From an uncultured Spirochaetota bacterium (GTDB lineage: Bacteria > Spirochaetota > Spirochaetia > SZUA-6 > Fen-1364), in contig CAWGAA010000001.1 in the NCBI GenBank assembly GCA_963820525.1, positions 1,856,001 to 1,920,000 on the forward strand: a DNA stretch of 64,000 nucleotides, read 5' to 3'. Positions 59,587 to 64,000 of the stretch are shown one piece after another. Position numbers and translations under genes: made by a program. Each line of letters opens with the position of its first letter. Position 1 is the stretch's first letter. The notes under the pieces were generated by a model. It did no database searches, was not told where the DNA came from, and was given only the letters and a program-made list of their open reading frames with translations.

Positions 59587-61440
59587 ATGCCGCTTCATGG
59601 GTCTCCAACCGAGAGATTCGCGCGGATTGAAGCGGCGTTCGCCGCGGACGGCTTTACGGTGCGCTATTTCCCGGACCCGGGTGACCCCGCCAAGCGCGCC
59701 GGCTACCGTGAGGTGGACGGGAGGATCGGCGTCATGGCCGAGCACGCGTCGGCGAAGAACCGAAAGACGGGCAAGCCGAAGAAGGCGTTCTACCTGGAGG
59801 GAGACAACCGAACGATGGGCTACCTCCTCGGGCTCATGGCCGAGGAGGATGTGGCGCGCATGACGGGCGAATACGCCGAAAACGTCGTGTTTGCCTTCTT
59901 CAATTCGGACGAGGCGGTGGCCGGGGGCGTCCTGGAACCCCTCAAGGACCTGCTCGTTCATCTCGTGTTCAAGGCCTCGGAGGGCATGAGGGACGATATC
60001 CCACGAGAGTACCAGGAGGAGCTGGAAGGGATCCTGGAGGGCTGCAGGGCCGCCAATCCCGCCACCACTGTGGAGGCGAGCCGGCTGTGGGCGCTCAACT
60101 TCGGCATCGACTGCGTTCTGGCCCATGTCTACACGGGCAAGCTCTTCAGCGCGATGGGAATAAAGCCGAGGGTCCTCAAGACCGCCCTGGCTTGCAATGC
60201 ATTTTCCATCTCCGGCGCGGCGGCGGGCGGGAAGCACTTCTTCGGCCGCGATTTCATGTTCCCGACCGCCGGCGTATTCCAGGACACGGCATGCCTCATC
60301 GTCTACAACCCGGATGACCGCGGGGAAAAGAGGCGGCACGCGTTCGCCAGCCAGACGGCTCCGGGCATTGTCGGCACAATGGCGGCCATGAACTCCGCCG
60401 GGGTGGCCATCGGCGTGAACATGCTCCCCAGCCCGTTCTGCGACCCGGATCGCCCCGGCTTCAACTCGCTGGCCCTCAGCCGCGATTGCGTCCAATACTG
60501 CTCATCAGCCGAAGAGGCGGTGGAGCGGATCGCCCAGGCGCCGCGCGGCGTATCGTGGCTCTACCCCGTGGCGGACGGCGGCGGGGCTGCGTACATGATC
60601 GAGGCGGGCCGCAGGCTCTCTCCGGGAGAGCGCTTCCCCTACTTCGCCTCCGTGCCCTGGTACTACCGCCGCCGCCTGCCCCGGCGGAGATACATCAGGC
60701 GGATGCGAATGCGATACGGGACCCCCGCGCCGCGCGGCGGGCTCATTGCGCGCGCGGGAGACTACCGCTATCCCGAGGACTATCTGCCGGACTGGAACGA
60801 GCGGCTGTACCGAGCTTTCAACAAGAATTGGCCGGCCAAGCTTCTGGATTTCATCCTCGACCTGCCCGGCATAGCGGCCGACGCGCTGGGGGGCAAGCTC
60901 GATGCGATGTGGAGGGACCTGAAAAGGGAGGTGGAAGAGCTCGCCGCCGGTGCCGATTTCTCTGAAGCGGATTTCTCCGAGCGCGGCCGCATCAACTCGA
61001 GCTGGGACGGCATCAACTGCCCCGGTCCCTTCTACTTCGCGCCGCAGCGCGAAAGCAGGGAGGACGTGGCGCTTGCCACCAATGCCTTCATCTCGCCCGA
61101 GATGCGGCTCACGGCCATGAGCGCATGGACGGCGATCCTCGCCAGGGCCAACCTCAATGACATCCAGTGGCGCTACGACGAGCTGAACAGGGAGATCCTC
61201 GAAGCCCTGGACGCCTCTCCCGGCGGAATCGACGAGCCGACGGCATGGCGGCTCGTCAACTTCCTCGCCTCGGACGGGGCCTTCCCCGCGTACTACAACC
61301 CCGAAGGGAAGCTCGACTGGCGGGACGTGAAGGTCCACGGAAGCGTCACCCTCTGCGAGCTCACGGGAAAAACGATGAAAAGCCTCTTCGGCTATTACGG
61401 GGACAGCCCCGTCACGATCCACCTCGCCGGCTACCTGTAG
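59587..61440 (+). CDS. C45-family Ntn hydrolase (acyltransferase/peptidase-like)
   Basis: EELEGILEG, internal CNAF nucleophile (Cys at 60193), GRDFMF and MNSAGVAIG. Confidence 0.75.
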   Translation: MPLHGSPTERFARIEAAFAADGFTVRYFPDPGDPAKRAGYREVDGRIGVMAEHASAKNRKTGKPKKAFYLEGDNRTMGYLLGLMAEEDVARMTGEYAENVVFAFFNSDEAVAGGVLEPLKDLLVHLVFKASEGMRDDIPREYQEELEGILEGCRAANPATTVEASRLWALNFGIDCVLAHVYTGKLFSAMGIKPRVLKTALACNAFSISGAAAGGKHFFGRDFMFPTAGVFQDTACLIVYNPDDRGEKRRHAFASQTAPGIVGTMAAMNSAGVAIGVNMLPSPFCDPDRPGFNSLALSRDCVQYCSSAEEAVERIAQAPRGVSWLYPVADGGGAAYMIEAGRRLSPGERFPYFASVPWYYRRRLPRRRYIRRMRMRYGTPAPRGGLIARAGDYRYPEDYLPDWNERLYRAFNKNWPAKLLDFILDLPGIAADALGGKLDAMWRDLKREVEELAAGADFSEADFSERGRINSSWDGINCPGPFYFAPQRESREDVALATNAFISPEMRLTAMSAWTAILARANLNDIQWRYDELNREILEALDASPGGIDEPTAWRLVNFLASDGAFPAYYNPEGKLDWRDVKVHGSVTLCELTGKTMKSLFGYYGDSPVTIHLAGYL

Positions 61441-61455
61441 CCGGCGCGGGCTCCC

Positions 61456-62538
61456 CTACTCCCCCGCCTTCACGCGGGTCCAGACCTGGTCGTACAGCGA
61501 GGTCGCCTCCCGAACGTCCTCAAGCATCACCATCTTGGAGCTCTGCTCGGGCGTGGGATACACGCGCGGGTCGGCTCTCACGGCGGCATCGATCAGGGGC
61601 AGGCTCGCCTCGTTCGGGGTGGCGTAGGAGAGGAAGTTCGAGAGCTGGGCGCCCACGTCGGCCTGGAGGATGAAGTCGATGAAGCGATAGGCGCCCTCGG
61701 GGTTTGGGGCCTTGGCGGGAACCGTCATCGCGTCCACCCAGATGATCGTCCCCTCGCGGGGGAGGGCGAAATCGGTGTTCTCGTCCAGGCGGGAGACGGC
61801 GTCTCCGTTGTACGCCACCGCCACCCACGCGTCTCCCGCCAGCACCTTCGCCACGCTGTCGGGGCTGCCGTAGAAGCCCACCATCTTCTTTGTGCGCGCG
61901 CCGCGCAGAACGTCTCCCGCCGCGGAAAGCTCTTTGGCAGAGCGGGTGTTCGGCGAAAAGCCCCGCGAAAAGAGGGCCGCCGCCATCAGGTCACGCATCG
62001 AGTCCAGAAGCACCACCGGCCCCGGCTGTTTGGCGGGATCGAGCACCATGGACCAGGAGGCCGAGAAGCGCGGCAGCTTGTCCTTCCTGTAGACGAGCCC
62101 CATGGTGCCCCACTGATAGGGCAGGCTGTACTTTCCGTCGGGGTCGTAGGCGGGCTTCAAGAAGCGGGCGCTGACGTTTTTGGCGTTGGGAATCCTGGAC
62201 AGATCCAGCGGCCGGAAGGCGCCCTGCGCCGCCATGGTCCTGATGGCGTGGTCCGACACCACGAGCACGTCGTATTGATCTCCGGCGCTGGCGACCTTGC
62301 TCATCATGGTCTCCGTGTTCTCGTAGGTATCCAGAACCACGGTGAGGCCCGTCTCCTTCTGGAAACGCTCCACCAGCTTGGGATCGATGTATTCGGACCA
62401 CATGAATACGGTGACGCTGCCTTTGACGACCTTTGCGCCGGCCGTGGAAGCCGTATTGCCCGACGGTGCCTGCCTGGAGCAGGCGACGACGAGCGCGAGG
62501 GGCAGAAGTATCGCGATAATCCTCTTCATCTCTTTCAT
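61456..62538 (-). CDS. potD: Spermidine/putrescine ABC substrate-binding lipoprotein
   Basis: Lipobox VVAC; WSEYID, YSLPYQWG, PREGTIIWVD and YATPN. Confidence 0.88.
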   Translation of the reverse strand: MKEMKRIIAILLPLALVVACSRQAPSGNTASTAGAKVVKGSVTVFMWSEYIDPKLVERFQKETGLTVVLDTYENTETMMSKVASAGDQYDVLVVSDHAIRTMAAQGAFRPLDLSRIPNAKNVSARFLKPAYDPDGKYSLPYQWGTMGLVYRKDKLPRFSASWSMVLDPAKQPGPVVLLDSMRDLMAAALFSRGFSPNTRSAKELSAAGDVLRGARTKKMVGFYGSPDSVAKVLAGDAWVAVAYNGDAVSRLDENTDFALPREGTIIWVDAMTVPAKAPNPEGAYRFIDFILQADVGAQLSNFLSYATPNEASLPLIDAAVRADPRVYPTPEQSSKMVMLEDVREATSLYDQVWTRVKAGE

Positions 62539-63340
62539 TCCTCCCGGGGGCTCCTCACGAGGAGCTGAAGCATGAGCACGAGTGACACCGTCACCAGGAA
62601 TACGATCGTGGAAAGGGCGTGAATCTCCGGCGTGATCCCCCTGCGAAGCGAGCCGTAGATGTACAGCGGCAGCGTGACGGAAGAGGGCCCGGAGGTGAAG
62701 AAGCTGATGACGAAATCGTCGAGGGACAGGGTGAAGGCGAGCATCGCGCCGGCCACCACGCCGGGCGCCAAAAGCGGAAACGTGACGCGCCGCAGGGCGT
62801 ACCACGTGCCGGCATACAGGTCCCGGGCCGCTTCCTCCACGGAGCGTCCGATGGTGGCCAGGCGGCTTCCCACCACCAGGGCCACGAAGGAGATCTGGAA
62901 GGTGACATGCGCCGCGATCATCGTCCCCATCCCCAGCCGCAGCCCGCCCACGATCTGGCGCGCCGCCTCGAAGGCCAGAAGCATTCCCACGGCGAAGACG
63001 ATGTCCGGGGTCACCACGGGCACGTAGACCACCGCGTCGATCATGCGGCGCATCCACCGGGGCCAGGGAAACCTCTCTCCAGGCCCAGGGCCAGAAGCGT
63101 GCCCAGCGCCGTGGCGACCACCGTGGAGACCGTTGCAAGGAGCAGGGTGTTCCCCGCGGCCGTCAGCACAACCGTGTTATGGGCGAGGGATGCGTACCAC
63201 CTGAGGCTGAATCCCTTCCACGCGACGCCGAAGCGCGAGGCGTTGAGCGAAAGGGCGGCAACGGCAAGGAGGGGGAGGTACAGGAAGACAAAGGTGAAGA
63301 GGGCGATCCCGCTGAACGCGGGGTGCAGCCTGCGCTTCAC
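62535..63340 (-). pseudogene. potC: Polyamine ABC permease PotC, split by a frameshift near 63073-63080
   Basis: The N-half (FLYLPL, FSLRWY) and C-half (EEAARDL, FTLSLDDF, TLP, TPEIHAL) are in different frames. Confidence 0.8.
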
Positions 63341-64000
63341 AGGACCGTCACCTCGTCGCCGGAGCGGCGCAGGACGAGCAGCCCCACCATGGTGATGAAA
63401 GTCAGCACGAGGCTCACCGCCGCGCCGAAGGGGAAATCGCGGCTGACTCCGAACTGGTGCTGGATGAGGTTTCCCAGCATCCAGGTCTTGCCGCCGCCCA
63501 GGAGGTCGGGGACGACGAAAGCCCCCATTGCCGGGATGAAGGTGAGGATCACGGCGGTGACAAGGCCGGGAAGGGTCTGGGGAAAGATGGCGTGGAAGAA
63601 CACGCGCGCGTTTCCCGCATACAGGTCCCTGCTCGCCTCCACCAGGGCCCAGTCGAGCTTCTCAACGTTTGTGTAGAGGGGAAGCACGGCAAAGGGAAGC
63701 GAGTTGGACACCATGCCGATGTACAGGGCCAGGGTGGAAGGGTAGAGGGCGGCCGCCGGGTCTATGAGGTGAAGCGCCTGGGCGATGAGGGCGGGGGGCA
63801 TCTGGTTTCCCAGGAGGAGCATCCAGGCGTACGTGCGGATCACCAGGTTGGTGCAGAAGGGGATGATGATCAGCGTGAGCCACAGGTAGCGGCGGGCGCG
63901 CGGCCGCGCGGCGATGAAGAAGGCCAGGGGATACGCGAGGGCGATGCTCGCAAGCGTCGTGACGCCGGAAACGACGAGGGTCCCGCCGAGGATTGTGAGG
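63337..64000 (-). CDS. potB: Polyamine ABC permease PotB (5' partial)
   Basis: IRTYAW, LPFAVLPLY, EASRDL and PDLLGG; runs off the window end. Confidence 0.88.
   Translation of the reverse strand, partial: LTILGGTLVVSGVTTLASIALAYPLAFFIAARPRARRYLWLTLIIIPFCTNLVIRTYAWMLLLGNQMPPALIAQALHLIDPAAALYPSTLALYIGMVSNSLPFAVLPLYTNVEKLDWALVEASRDLYAGNARVFFHAIFPQTLPGLVTAVILTFIPAMGAFVVPDLLGGGKTWMLGNLIQHQFGVSRDFPFGAAVSLVLTFITMVGLLVLRRSGDEVTVL

Overview
A GC-rich bacterial chromosomal window. It is probably from a spirochaete; this is an inference from the style of the lipoproteins, solute-binding proteins and the giant FlgD-Ig-tailed protein. I saw no rRNA, tRNA, CRISPR array, integrase, transposase or reverse transcriptase. 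The left arm (1-14.8 kb) holds housekeeping and stress genes: the 3' part of glyA, an MFS transporter, a glutaredoxin paired with a rubredoxin-fused ferredoxin:thioredoxin-reductase-like protein, an Hsp20 with a sigma-54-type promoter, DUF2161, a nitrilase, rmuC, a GNAT, a URO-D-family protein, an alcohol dehydrogenase, and a metallo-beta-lactamase/2x cNMP-binding/hemerythrin fusion. The centre (15-37.4 kb) is a cluster of exported proteins. It is dominated by a 4278-aa protein with about 14.6 near-identical 252-bp repeats, about 4.7 repeats of 876/882 bp and a T9SS-CTD/FlgD-like tail. Around it lie an HYR/Ig protein, a CARDB lipoprotein, a transglutaminase-like protein, an RCC1 lipoprotein and a small beta-barrel-like protein. 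The right arm has PLP enzymes, an AraC-Ogt fusion, a YtrA-type GntR/ABC operon ending in an unannotated 38-aa membrane peptide, a frameshifted RluA-family gene, sensor kinases, an NtrC-type regulator next to a sugar ABC operon with a sigma-54 promoter, a C45 Ntn-hydrolase, and potBCD with potC frameshifted. The strongest novelty candidates are the giant mosaic-repeat protein with its neighbouring putative cysteine protease, and the hemerythrin-fused putative cyclic-nucleotide phosphodiesterase. All family assignments come from motif recognition by eye; no searches were run.
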